This document shows positions 21,801 to 29,183 of a stretch of 64,000 nucleotides of DNA, piece after piece. A program made the position numbers and the translations under genes. The DNA is from Alphaproteobacteria bacterium (GTDB taxonomy: Bacteria; Pseudomonadota; Alphaproteobacteria; JAJFIK01), in NCBI GenBank assembly GCA_021774965.1, contig JAJFIL010000306.1:10741-74740 (forward strand), in the 5' to 3' direction. Within the stretch, counting starts at the first letter, position 1, and each line of letters opens with the position of its first letter. The notes under the pieces are model-generated. The model was not told where the DNA came from, did no database searches, and worked only from the letters and a program-made list of their open reading frames with translations.

Positions 21801-21887
21801 TTTGATCTCGTCCGAGGTCTTCGAGGAAAGCTCAACATCTTCCCTGACCGTCGCGAACGGGTTTAGCGACACGCGCCTCTCCTCCAC
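18816..21887 (-). CDS. soeA: Molybdopterin (bis-MGD) oxidoreductase catalytic subunit without signal peptide; SoeA-like sulfite dehydrogenase (quinone)
   Basis: 1023 aa. N-terminal FeS motif CYMCACRCG ... LCAKG. No twin-arginine leader, so it faces the cytoplasm. The three-gene A-B-C layout matches SoeABC. Confidence 0.78.
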   Translation of the reverse strand: MEERRVSLNPFATVREDVELSSKTSDEIKTTTCYMCACRCGIKVHLKNGRVRYIEGNPDHPINKGVLCAKGSAGIMNQYSPARLQKPLLRVGDRGKGEFKEIEWDEALDLATKWLGETRAKDPARLAFFTGRDQSQSMTGWWAKQYGTRNFAAHGGFCSVNMAAGGLYTLGSAFWEFGDPDWDLTRYFMMFGVAEDHDSNPIKAGIGRLKTRNDTKFVSVNPCRTGYSAVADEWVGIRPGTDGLFIFSLIHELLKAEKVDFASLARYSNAPWLVIQDEGAADDGLFARDEDGNPLCFDLSKGALTSANEAELKPAFAGTRTLPDGRKAVPSFELLARRYMADEYAPDRVADQTGISADTIRRIAAEIAEAAFEHEIVIDTPWTDAWGRKHEKMIGRPVSFHAMRGISAHSNGFHTCRALHILQALLGSVDVPGGWRNKSPFPKPIPSGPKPAGKVCEPGKPLAGMPLGTPEGPEDLIVDEVGEPLRIDKAYSWEYPLSAHGLMHMVLQNAWAGDPQTVDVLFMYMANMAWNSSMNISGTIKYLTDKNEDGEYKIPKIIYSDAFHSEMVAYADLVLPDTTYLERWDCISLLDRPISSAHGPADAIRHPVVKPDRDVRPFQDVLIDLGARLGLPGLANEDGSPTYPGGYSDYITHHERAPGLGPLAGWRGADGTEQGRGSPNPNQLDHYIENGAFWSYTLPDDQQYFKHANQAYLEYATKMGWMAEAKPIVFQLYSETLQKFRLAAQGHGDHQPPERYKTRVDTYFDPLPIWYAPFEDKAEGVDEFPLHALTQRPMHMYHSWGSQNAWLRQITAANRLHMHTGTATAQGIADDDWVWIESRIGRVKAQVRLVEGVNPNTVWTWNAIGKRKGTWGLTKDAPESKRGFLLNHLIDELLPPRKDGARFSNSDPVTGQAAWFDLRVRVEKCLPHEAGETEPALEAIQKIPNAPAQVDALRYGKDLTAEATGGMVPAKDWIAHRHVISKTVPGVADGRGNQTTGKDSSRVSARGSRKGSTKTGNKGSSSK

Positions 21888-22043
21888 CCCGCAGCCTCAA
21901 CGTCTGGCGCTTGAACAAAGCGCCGCTTTTCTTGATCAGCGATTATTATCGTAAATCGCAGTATTCGAATTTTCTAATATGAAAGTGCCAAGAATCTGCA
22001 AGAAATTCAATAGAAAAGCGTCTTAACCAAGACTATATCGCAA

Positions 22044-22081
22044 TGAAAAGGCCCGCCACATCAAATGATGTAGCGGGCCTT
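22044..22081 (-). terminator. Rho-independent terminator after the FadL-like gene
   Basis: On the minus strand, GGCCCGC-(16 nt loop)-GCGGGCC is followed by TTTTCATT, about 30 nt downstream of the stop at 22109. Confidence 0.6.
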
Positions 22082-22108
22082 AGGTAAGCCAAGAAGTGGT
22101 TTAAGCTG

Positions 22109-23383
22109 TTATTGACCCAGAGTATGGGTCCAGCCAATGGTCACAGCGAACTGGGTCATATCAAGTTCAACCCGGCGACCCGTAGCACCAACTGGCGTCA
22201 TTTCAGGGCCAGACACGGTAGATTCCGGTGCAAACATGACCGCAAAATCAAGCGCGTTGCTGTCACTTGCCTGGTAGGTAAATCCGCCAGTAAAGTGCTG
22301 TTCCATGACACCAGGTGCAAGCACGTTCAGGGTCACGTCTTCAGATCCAATAGGGTTTTCGTTATAGCCAACGCCAAGACGAAGAACCAATTGGTCAGTT
22401 GCGTCATATTCTGCGCCGACCTTGAATGCGTCAACGTCATCCCAACCAAAGCCAGGGCCACCGGACGAACCGAATAGCGTGGTCTTGGTTGTTGAGTTTC
22501 CAACTGCAGCAACCTCACTGTAGTTGATGTGACGATAGTCAGCGACCAGCGTCAGACCATCCATCGGCTCAACCGCAATACCAACCTGGTAGTTCGACGG
22601 GATATCAAAAGAGCCCCGCCCTTCGAACAAGCCAGAATAATCGCTCATCTCACTCATGGAGATAGATGACTGGTAGCTGCCGCCAAGGCTGAAGTGTTGG
22701 CCCAATTCAAGGTCTGCACCAACGCGGACACCAAAACCCGAAGAGGTATCGACACCATTGTCGGTCATATTTGATGGACTAACCGAAGCGCCGGCGAATG
22801 CACCCAGGCCTCTTGCTTCAAACATCTGATAAGCAAAGATCGGTGCAATGCCGACGGAAAAATTGTCGGTCAGTCGGCGAGCATAGCCCACCGTGATGAA
22901 CAGCTGGCTCAGATCAACGCCAGCTCCGCCGCCGCAGAAAATGCCGCTTCCACCACCGCATTCAGGAAAGGAGCGGGAAACGTTGCCGTAATCCGTGTTC
23001 ATGCCGCCATTGCCGTAAGCTGCAATGGAAACTGCAGAGCGGCTATCGATTTGACGAACAAGACCGACATTGGGAATTACAAAGTAATCCGAATCGCTTT
23101 CGGTCTCGCCGACAGGTAAAAACCCACCGCCAGGACTGACGGTAAAGCCACGACGAGGGCTAAACACAGTAGCGCCCAGTGAGAACTGATCTCCGCCGCT
23201 AGTGATACCCGCCGGATTAATCGAAAGAGCCATAGCGTCGGTTGCGTCGGCAACCCCGGCTCCAGCCATTGCAGACTGGCGCGCACCATAGCCGTGCGCA
23301 AAGTACCCTTCTGTTGCGGACGCTGTTGAAACCATCAACAGAGTTGCCGCCGCAGCGAGTGTGAAAGTTAAACCTTTTGCCAT
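22109..23383 (-). CDS. Outer-membrane channel of the FadL/OmpP1/TodX family (hydrophobic-compound transport)
   Basis: Signal peptide MAKGLTFTLAAAATLLMVSTASA followed by TEGYFAHGYGARQSAMAGAG. Aromatic C-terminus of a beta-barrel. AGGAGG RBS lies before the ATG at 23383. Confidence 0.8.
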   Translation of the reverse strand: MAKGLTFTLAAAATLLMVSTASATEGYFAHGYGARQSAMAGAGVADATDAMALSINPAGITSGGDQFSLGATVFSPRRGFTVSPGGGFLPVGETESDSDYFVIPNVGLVRQIDSRSAVSIAAYGNGGMNTDYGNVSRSFPECGGGSGIFCGGGAGVDLSQLFITVGYARRLTDNFSVGIAPIFAYQMFEARGLGAFAGASVSPSNMTDNGVDTSSGFGVRVGADLELGQHFSLGGSYQSSISMSEMSDYSGLFEGRGSFDIPSNYQVGIAVEPMDGLTLVADYRHINYSEVAAVGNSTTKTTLFGSSGGPGFGWDDVDAFKVGAEYDATDQLVLRLGVGYNENPIGSEDVTLNVLAPGVMEQHFTGGFTYQASDSNALDFAVMFAPESTVSGPEMTPVGATGRRVELDMTQFAVTIGWTHTLGQ

Positions 23384-23487
23384 TGTCCCCTCCTGGCGTA
23401 AGTACATTCAGTCCCAAGTCCTGCAATCCACCCCATACTCCCCCAATGGGAACGGATGCAGACTTCAAAACACTTTATGCTGCCTGA

Positions 23488-23715
23488 TTAGGCAGCGCGT
23501 CTGAGCACGAAACGGTAGGTTCCACCGCCTTCATCGTGCTCTACGAGTTCGTTCCCCGTTGTCCGGCAGAACGCCTCGAAATCTTTAACCGAACCCGGGT
23601 CTGTAGATAGAATCTCCAGGGTACTACCGGGTTCCATGGCGCCAAGCGCCTTCTTTGCCTTCAGAATGGGCAAGGGGCAATTCAGCCCCTTCGTGTCCAA
23701 AGTTTGGTCAGCCAT
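23488..23715 (-). CDS. tusA: TusA-family sulfur carrier
   Basis: 75 aa. LDTKGLNCPLPILKAKKAL contains the conserved CPxP persulfide-carrying Cys. Confidence 0.88.
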   Translation of the reverse strand: MADQTLDTKGLNCPLPILKAKKALGAMEPGSTLEILSTDPGSVKDFEAFCRTTGNELVEHDEGGGTYRFVLRRAA

Positions 23716-23751
23716 TCAAGTAACTCCTTACGATTATAGGGGCAATTGTTG

Positions 23752-24267
23752 TTAGATATATAGATTAATGTCAGCTTTGAGCGCATTTTCCATATATGTT
23801 GCAGCGCCGCCAACATCGATGTCCTCAATCATGTCGTCTGTTGAGTATTCAAACAGGTCCAGGGTCATCTGACAGGCGATCATGCGCACATCTGACAGCT
23901 GAGCTGCCTCACGAAGCTCTTCGATAGAGGCCACACCCTTCTTTTTAATCATGTTTTTCATCATGCCGGTGGTAAATGCGGTCACGCCGGGGATCATGCC
24001 GACCATGTTAGGCATGGCCATGTGCATTCCTGCCATCGGCATTTTCATCGCAGCGTTGCCAAGAGGTGACACCTGCATGTCAAGATCTTTCTTAAGAAGC
24101 GTAAGACCGTAAAAAGTAAAGAACATCGTCACGTCTACGTCCATGGCCGCTGCGGTGGTCGCAAGGATGAACGGGGGGTAGGCCCAATCAAGGGTTCCCT
24201 TGGTGACGATAATGGACATGGACTTGGCGTTATCCAGGGAGCCCGCCGGGGCTGTTGCGTCTGACAT
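23752..24267 (-). CDS. DsrE/DsrF-like sulfur-relay protein, DsrE2 (DrsE_2) type
   Basis: 171 aa. Contains IIVTKGTLDWAYPPFILATTAAAMDVDVTMFFTFYGL, a Met-rich loop and the conserved Cys in RMIACQMT. It sits directly upstream of tusA. Confidence 0.8.
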   Translation of the reverse strand: MSDATAPAGSLDNAKSMSIIVTKGTLDWAYPPFILATTAAAMDVDVTMFFTFYGLTLLKKDLDMQVSPLGNAAMKMPMAGMHMAMPNMVGMIPGVTAFTTGMMKNMIKKKGVASIEELREAAQLSDVRMIACQMTLDLFEYSTDDMIEDIDVGGAATYMENALKADINLYI

Positions 24268-24445
24268 ATTCCTACCTCTTCACGTATCTAGCTTTGTTGT
24301 TCACTCGATCACTGATTTCTTGTCGAACTTTCGATCCAGTACCATTCTATTAGCAAATTCGAATATTATGCAATATTAGGTGTCTGAATGCCCTGTCGTC
24401 TACAGAAAAATTACGAACTTGACTAAGCCCACTCTCTCCAAAGCC

Positions 24446-25570
24446 ATGAAGAACAAGGCAAAGCGCGGCTCAGCGCTCATATCTCACCCTCTTTTCACGG
24501 CTGCGGATTGGGGGCCGCATCACCCCTTGGGTGCTGGACGGCACCGGAGCGTTACACAGCTTTGTGGCCATTTGGGCTGGATGAGCCCCGATCATCTCCA
24601 CGAAATCGAGCCTGCATCGGTCCAGACGCTCCTGCAACTTCACGACGCTCAATATATAGAGGCGTTTCAGGCGGCCTCAAAGGCAGGCCGTGTCAGCCAG
24701 GAGGCCCGCAAGAAATACAAGTTCGGGACGATGGAAAACCCCATATTTCCTCACGTTTTTGAACGAGCTGCGGCAACGGTCAGCGGCTCGATCAAGGCCG
24801 CTGAACTTGCCATGGAAGGTCAGTTTGTCTTTCACCCTGCCGGCGGCACCCACCACGGCAAACGTGACCAAGCCAGCGGCTTTTGCTATTTCAACGATCC
24901 TGCTTTTGCCATTCTCACCCTGTTGGAAGCAGGCGTTGCCCCGGTACTCTATGTGGATCTGGACGCCCATCACGGCGATGGGGTCGAAGCCATTTTTGCC
25001 AATGATCCCCGGGTCTTCATGATCTCGATCCACGAAGCAGGGCGCTGGCCCTATACTGGATCCTTGGAGGACCGGGCAGGGGGGAACGCCCGAAATCTCC
25101 CCGTCCCCAAAGGCTTTCATGATGCTGAATTGCGCTTCCTGTTTGAGGAGGTAGTCCTCCCAAAAATGGCGGAAATCTGCCCCCAAGCGGTGGTGATGAC
25201 GTGCGGGGCGGACAGTCTTCACGGGGATCCGCTGTCAGGAATGGAGCTTTCCAATGTGGCATTATGGGATGTGATTGAGGAGATCGCGGAGCAGGCCCCG
25301 GCCAGCATCGCCCTTGGGGGAGGGGGCTATAATCCCTGGACCGTCGCACGGTTTTGGTCAGGCCTTTGGGGCCGTCTGGCAGGATTTTCCCCGGCACCAA
25401 ACCCCTTGCCTGCTGCGGCCCTTGAGTTGCTCCAGGGGCTTTCCTCGGATCTGGTGGACGAAGATGAGATCGAGCCTCAATGGCTCAATCAGCTGGATGA
25501 TGAGCCCCAAGCGCCCAAACCCGTGCGCGAGGATATCCGGGGAATAGCCTTGGCCGCTAAGTCAAATTAA
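24446..25570 (+). CDS. Histone-deacetylase-family Zn amidohydrolase (AcuC / acetylpolyamine amidohydrolase-like)
   Basis: Motifs GGTHHG, ASGFCYFND, DLDAHHGDGVE and GGGGYN. The track ORF begins at GTG 24380. I prefer ATG 24446 (MKNKAKRGSALISHP), but this is unresolved. Confidence 0.8.
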   Translation: MKNKAKRGSALISHPLFTAADWGPHHPLGAGRHRSVTQLCGHLGWMSPDHLHEIEPASVQTLLQLHDAQYIEAFQAASKAGRVSQEARKKYKFGTMENPIFPHVFERAAATVSGSIKAAELAMEGQFVFHPAGGTHHGKRDQASGFCYFNDPAFAILTLLEAGVAPVLYVDLDAHHGDGVEAIFANDPRVFMISIHEAGRWPYTGSLEDRAGGNARNLPVPKGFHDAELRFLFEEVVLPKMAEICPQAVVMTCGADSLHGDPLSGMELSNVALWDVIEEIAEQAPASIALGGGGYNPWTVARFWSGLWGRLAGFSPAPNPLPAAALELLQGLSSDLVDEDEIEPQWLNQLDDEPQAPKPVREDIRGIALAAKSN

Positions 25571-25710
25571 GTGCTGAAATTGTCCTTTATCGGACAAAAT
25601 TTTACTTGGAATTGTCCTGAAATTGTTCCGAATTTACCCTAGGGTTTACAAACCCACCAAAGCGCTGGACCTCTCGTTTTTCCCATGCTTTTATATTAGG
25701 TAAATCGAAT

Positions 25711-26757
25711 ATGAGGAATCGCATGAGCTGGCTCGAGCAAATTTCTGAAATCGAGGCTTTGGAAGACGCAGAGCTTGATGGCGCTCTTATTGACAGGATG
25801 GAGGCCCAGGCGGCTCTCATCAAAAACCGGCCCATCCGCTTTTCGACCCCGACCTTCCGTGAGTACGAAAGCACCGAATTATCCGGCTGCGGCAAAAATA
25901 GTTTCCCCGCCTTTTCCATCACGGCGGGGGGCTGTGCGCTCAACTGCGATCATTGCCAGAAGAAGATCCTGGAGCCGATGATCCCGGCCACCAAACCTGA
26001 AATGCTGGATCAGAAAGTCCGTGATCTGATCATGATGCAGGGCCTTCAAGGGTTCCTTCTGTCTGGTGGCTCCAACAAACAAAATGAAATCCGCTACGAG
26101 CGATTTTATCCTGTCGTAGAAGGACTAAAGCGAGACTTCCCTGATCTCAAGATTGCCATTCACACAGCATTGACCGATGAAGCCGGTGCAAAGCGGATGG
26201 AATCTGCCGGTGTTGATACGGCCATGATGGATGTCATCGGATCCGATGAGACCATCAAGCAGGTATACAATCTTGACCGCCCAGTAGAAGACTTCGAAGC
26301 AACCCTCGCGGCACTTACCTCTACAAGCATGGAAATCTCACCGCACATCGTGGTGGGGCTGCACTATGGTGAGATCCTGGGCGAGGAACGGGCGTTGGAT
26401 ATTGTAGCGCGCCACGATGTGAATGCATTGGTGCTTGTGGTGATCATGCCGTTCTATGCCAAGCCTGGTACGTTTAAAACACCCTCCACCAGCGACGTGG
26501 GCAATATCTTTGTTGCTGCAAGGCAGCGTCTTGCGGACAAGCAAGTTCTTCTGGGTTGTGGCCGTCCGGCAGGCATGCACAAGCGCGTTACAGATGCCTA
26601 TGCGGTGATGGCGGGTATCGATGGCATTGCCTTTCCTGCGGATGGTGCTGTCGCTGTTGCGGAAAGCGTAGGCCGGCCGTTCGAGCAGGCTCACTCTTGT
26701 TGCTCGATCAAGCTTGGTGAAAACTCTGGCGCTGCCAAATCAGTTTGCGCTGCGTAG
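25711..26757 (+). CDS. Radical SAM protein, LipS1/LipS2-type (alternative lipoyl synthase component)
   Basis: 348 aa. CX3CX2C as CALNCDHCQ, an extra Cys 15 residues upstream, and a C-terminal CC pair (HSCCS). It lies in an operon with the lipoate ligase. Confidence 0.78.
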   Translation: MRNRMSWLEQISEIEALEDAELDGALIDRMEAQAALIKNRPIRFSTPTFREYESTELSGCGKNSFPAFSITAGGCALNCDHCQKKILEPMIPATKPEMLDQKVRDLIMMQGLQGFLLSGGSNKQNEIRYERFYPVVEGLKRDFPDLKIAIHTALTDEAGAKRMESAGVDTAMMDVIGSDETIKQVYNLDRPVEDFEATLAALTSTSMEISPHIVVGLHYGEILGEERALDIVARHDVNALVLVVIMPFYAKPGTFKTPSTSDVGNIFVAARQRLADKQVLLGCGRPAGMHKRVTDAYAVMAGIDGIAFPADGAVAVAESVGRPFEQAHSCCSIKLGENSGAAKSVCAA

Positions 26758-26784
26758 TCTCTCAAAAGTCATTAGGAAATAGAC

Positions 26785-28083
26785 ATGACGTGTTTGAAAC
26801 CTGAATCTACAATCCCAGGGGAAACCGGCGCCGGGGGAGGGGACTTTAACGCAGCCAGTGCCATGCACCCGCGCGCGCCAGAGGCAATCCCCAGCGATCT
26901 CAAAAACGGTGGTCGGGTAAAATCAAATTCCGTGGCGCCGGAAGGGCTCTATCTGCCCAACAGAAATATCCTGACCCCCCAGATGACTTCGCCTGAATAT
27001 GTTCAGCTCTCAACCGCTGCGGCCATCACCCTTGGCATCATGCCAGGAAAGATGCATGGCTGCGAATGCACGCGCTGTCTCAATATCCTGCTGACCTATC
27101 CTGAAGGCTGCCGTGCTAATTGCGCCTATTGCGGCCTTGCCCGCCACCGCGAGGCGGAGCGGGATTATGCGGACCGGAATTTCATTCGCGTGGATTGGCC
27201 TGCTGTTCCGATGGAACAAATTGCAGAAACGGTTGGCAAGGACCCGGAAGCCAGCCCGTTCCACCGCATGTGCATTTCCATGATCACGCATCCGAAGTCT
27301 GATAAGGATACAGTCTCTGTACTGAAGACCTGGACGAAATATGTAGACCCGGATGCGATCCCCATTTCCATTCTGTCCAACCCTACCACCATGGTCCGGG
27401 ACGATGTGCAAACCCTGCGAGATCTGGGCTCTGACATCTTCACCGTGGCGCTGGATGCAGCGACACCGGAGCTTTTTGACCGCACCCGCGGCAAGGGTGT
27501 TCAATCGCCTCATACCTGGAAAAAATACTGGGAAATTCTCGAAGACGCGCGGGACATTTTCGGGCCCCAGAAATTTGGCGCACATATCATTGTGGGCATG
27601 GGTGAGACCGAACAGGAAATTCTGACCCTCGTTCAGCGTCTGGTGGACATGGGCGGCCACAGTCACATGTTCTGTTTCTATCCCGAACAAGGCTCGCTGA
27701 TGGATCATTTGCCCGCCACCCCGCGCGACCAATGGCGGCGGGTTCAGCTGGCGCGCTATCTGATCGATTACTGCGACGTGCGCGTCGACCACATGAAATT
27801 CGACAGCGAAGGCCGGGTTGCTGATTTCGGTATTCCCAAGGCGGAGCTGGAAATTACCATCGATAGCGGCATTGCCTTCCGCACCAGCGGTTGTCCCGGC
27901 AAATTTGCTGAAGATATCTCTGCCTGTGACCGTCCGTATGGGGATAGTCCAGTTTCTGATATCGCCAGCTATCCCTTCCAGCCAGAGGGTGCGCATATGC
28001 GCCGCATCCGCTCGCAACTTGATATGTTGCGTCCTGGGGAAACCTATGAAGACGGCGAAGAATTCGAGGAGCTTGATAGTTGA
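26785..28083 (+). CDS. Radical SAM protein, LipS1/LipS2-type (second component)
   Basis: 432 aa. CX3CX2C as CRANCAYCG, preceded by an additional CECTRC cluster-like motif. Confidence 0.78.
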   Translation: MTCLKPESTIPGETGAGGGDFNAASAMHPRAPEAIPSDLKNGGRVKSNSVAPEGLYLPNRNILTPQMTSPEYVQLSTAAAITLGIMPGKMHGCECTRCLNILLTYPEGCRANCAYCGLARHREAERDYADRNFIRVDWPAVPMEQIAETVGKDPEASPFHRMCISMITHPKSDKDTVSVLKTWTKYVDPDAIPISILSNPTTMVRDDVQTLRDLGSDIFTVALDAATPELFDRTRGKGVQSPHTWKKYWEILEDARDIFGPQKFGAHIIVGMGETEQEILTLVQRLVDMGGHSHMFCFYPEQGSLMDHLPATPRDQWRRVQLARYLIDYCDVRVDHMKFDSEGRVADFGIPKAELEITIDSGIAFRTSGCPGKFAEDISACDRPYGDSPVSDIASYPFQPEGAHMRRIRSQLDMLRPGETYEDGEEFEELDS

Positions 28084-29183
28084 TGGGCAATCAATTCCGC
28101 ATCATTGATACGGGCGTTCGCGAAGGCCGCGCCAATATCGCGTTCGACCAAGCCATGATTGATGCGCGCCAGGAAGGCGCTATTCCTAACACCATCCGCT
28201 TTATTCATTTTCCCCCGACCGCTCTGGTGGGTCGCCATCAGGCATTGAGCCAGGAATTGAAAGTAGAGCAATGCAAAGCCAATGGGGTGGGTATTGTTCG
28301 GCGCATTACTGGCGGCGGGGCCATTTATTTGGACGAAGGCCAACTCGGCTGGGCCATCGTGTGTGATCGCGCCGCTTTGGGTGTGCCTGACTTAGGCGGA
28401 ATTACAAAAGCGATTTGCGAGGCCGCAGCATTCGGGCTTTCCAAGCTCGGCATTGATGCCCAGTTCCGTCCGCGGAATGACATTGAAGTGGACGGACGCA
28501 AGATCTCCGGGACCGGAGGGTTCTTTGACGGGGAAACATTGATCTTCCAGGGCACCGTGCTGATTGACCTTAACCCTAGCGATATGCTGGCAGCGCTTAA
28601 TGTGCCGGAAGTCAAACTTGCCAAACGCGACTTGGATAATGCCGCCGCCCGGGTGACTTGCCTTAAGGAATTGCTGGGCGAGGCCCCTTCCATGGAGGCG
28701 GTGAAGGGCGCCCTCATCGCCGGGTTTGAGGAAAAACTCGGCCTCACCGTAGAGCACAGCGAGCCCACGCAAGCAGAAGAAGATGCAGCCAAGCAGCTCT
28801 ATGACGAAGAGTTCGGCACGGACGAATTTGTCTATGAGATTGATGACCCTGCCCGAGAAAAAGGTGTCCGCATTGGTTCCTTCGTCGGAGCAGGCGGCAC
28901 CGCCACGGCGCATGTGCGCCTGGAAGGGGTTGGCGGGGACCGCATCCGCGAGGTGCTTCTTACCGGTGATTTCTTTATCGCACCGCCCCGCATTATCTTT
29001 GATCTTGAATCAAGTCTGCGCGGTGTGCGGGTGGAAAAGGCGGGCGAGCATATTGGTGAATTCTTTGAGGAGGCCAATGTGAGCTTGCTCTCCATCACGC
29101 CTTCGGATTTTGCCGCAGCAGTTGATATCGCCACGGGCCAGCGCGCACCGCAGGCAGCTGCCACCAGCGAGCCAGCCACGTGA
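28083..29183 (+). CDS. Lipoate-protein ligase with fused C-terminal accessory domain, sLpl(AB)-type
   Basis: Motifs IRFIHFPPTALVGRHQ, RRITGGGAIYLD and GRKISGTGG (LplA catalytic Lys region). About 367 aa, long enough to include the LplB-like domain. The ATG overlaps the upstream TGA. Confidence 0.85.
   Translation: MGNQFRIIDTGVREGRANIAFDQAMIDARQEGAIPNTIRFIHFPPTALVGRHQALSQELKVEQCKANGVGIVRRITGGGAIYLDEGQLGWAIVCDRAALGVPDLGGITKAICEAAAFGLSKLGIDAQFRPRNDIEVDGRKISGTGGFFDGETLIFQGTVLIDLNPSDMLAALNVPEVKLAKRDLDNAAARVTCLKELLGEAPSMEAVKGALIAGFEEKLGLTVEHSEPTQAEEDAAKQLYDEEFGTDEFVYEIDDPAREKGVRIGSFVGAGGTATAHVRLEGVGGDRIREVLLTGDFFIAPPRIIFDLESSLRGVRVEKAGEHIGEFFEEANVSLLSITPSDFAAAVDIATGQRAPQAAATSEPAT

Noticed and set aside
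27010-28017. 335-aa ORF on the minus strand
   Set aside because: It is antisense to the second radical SAM gene, which has the CX3CX2C motif and operon context. The antisense ORF has no motif and shows shadow-frame composition.
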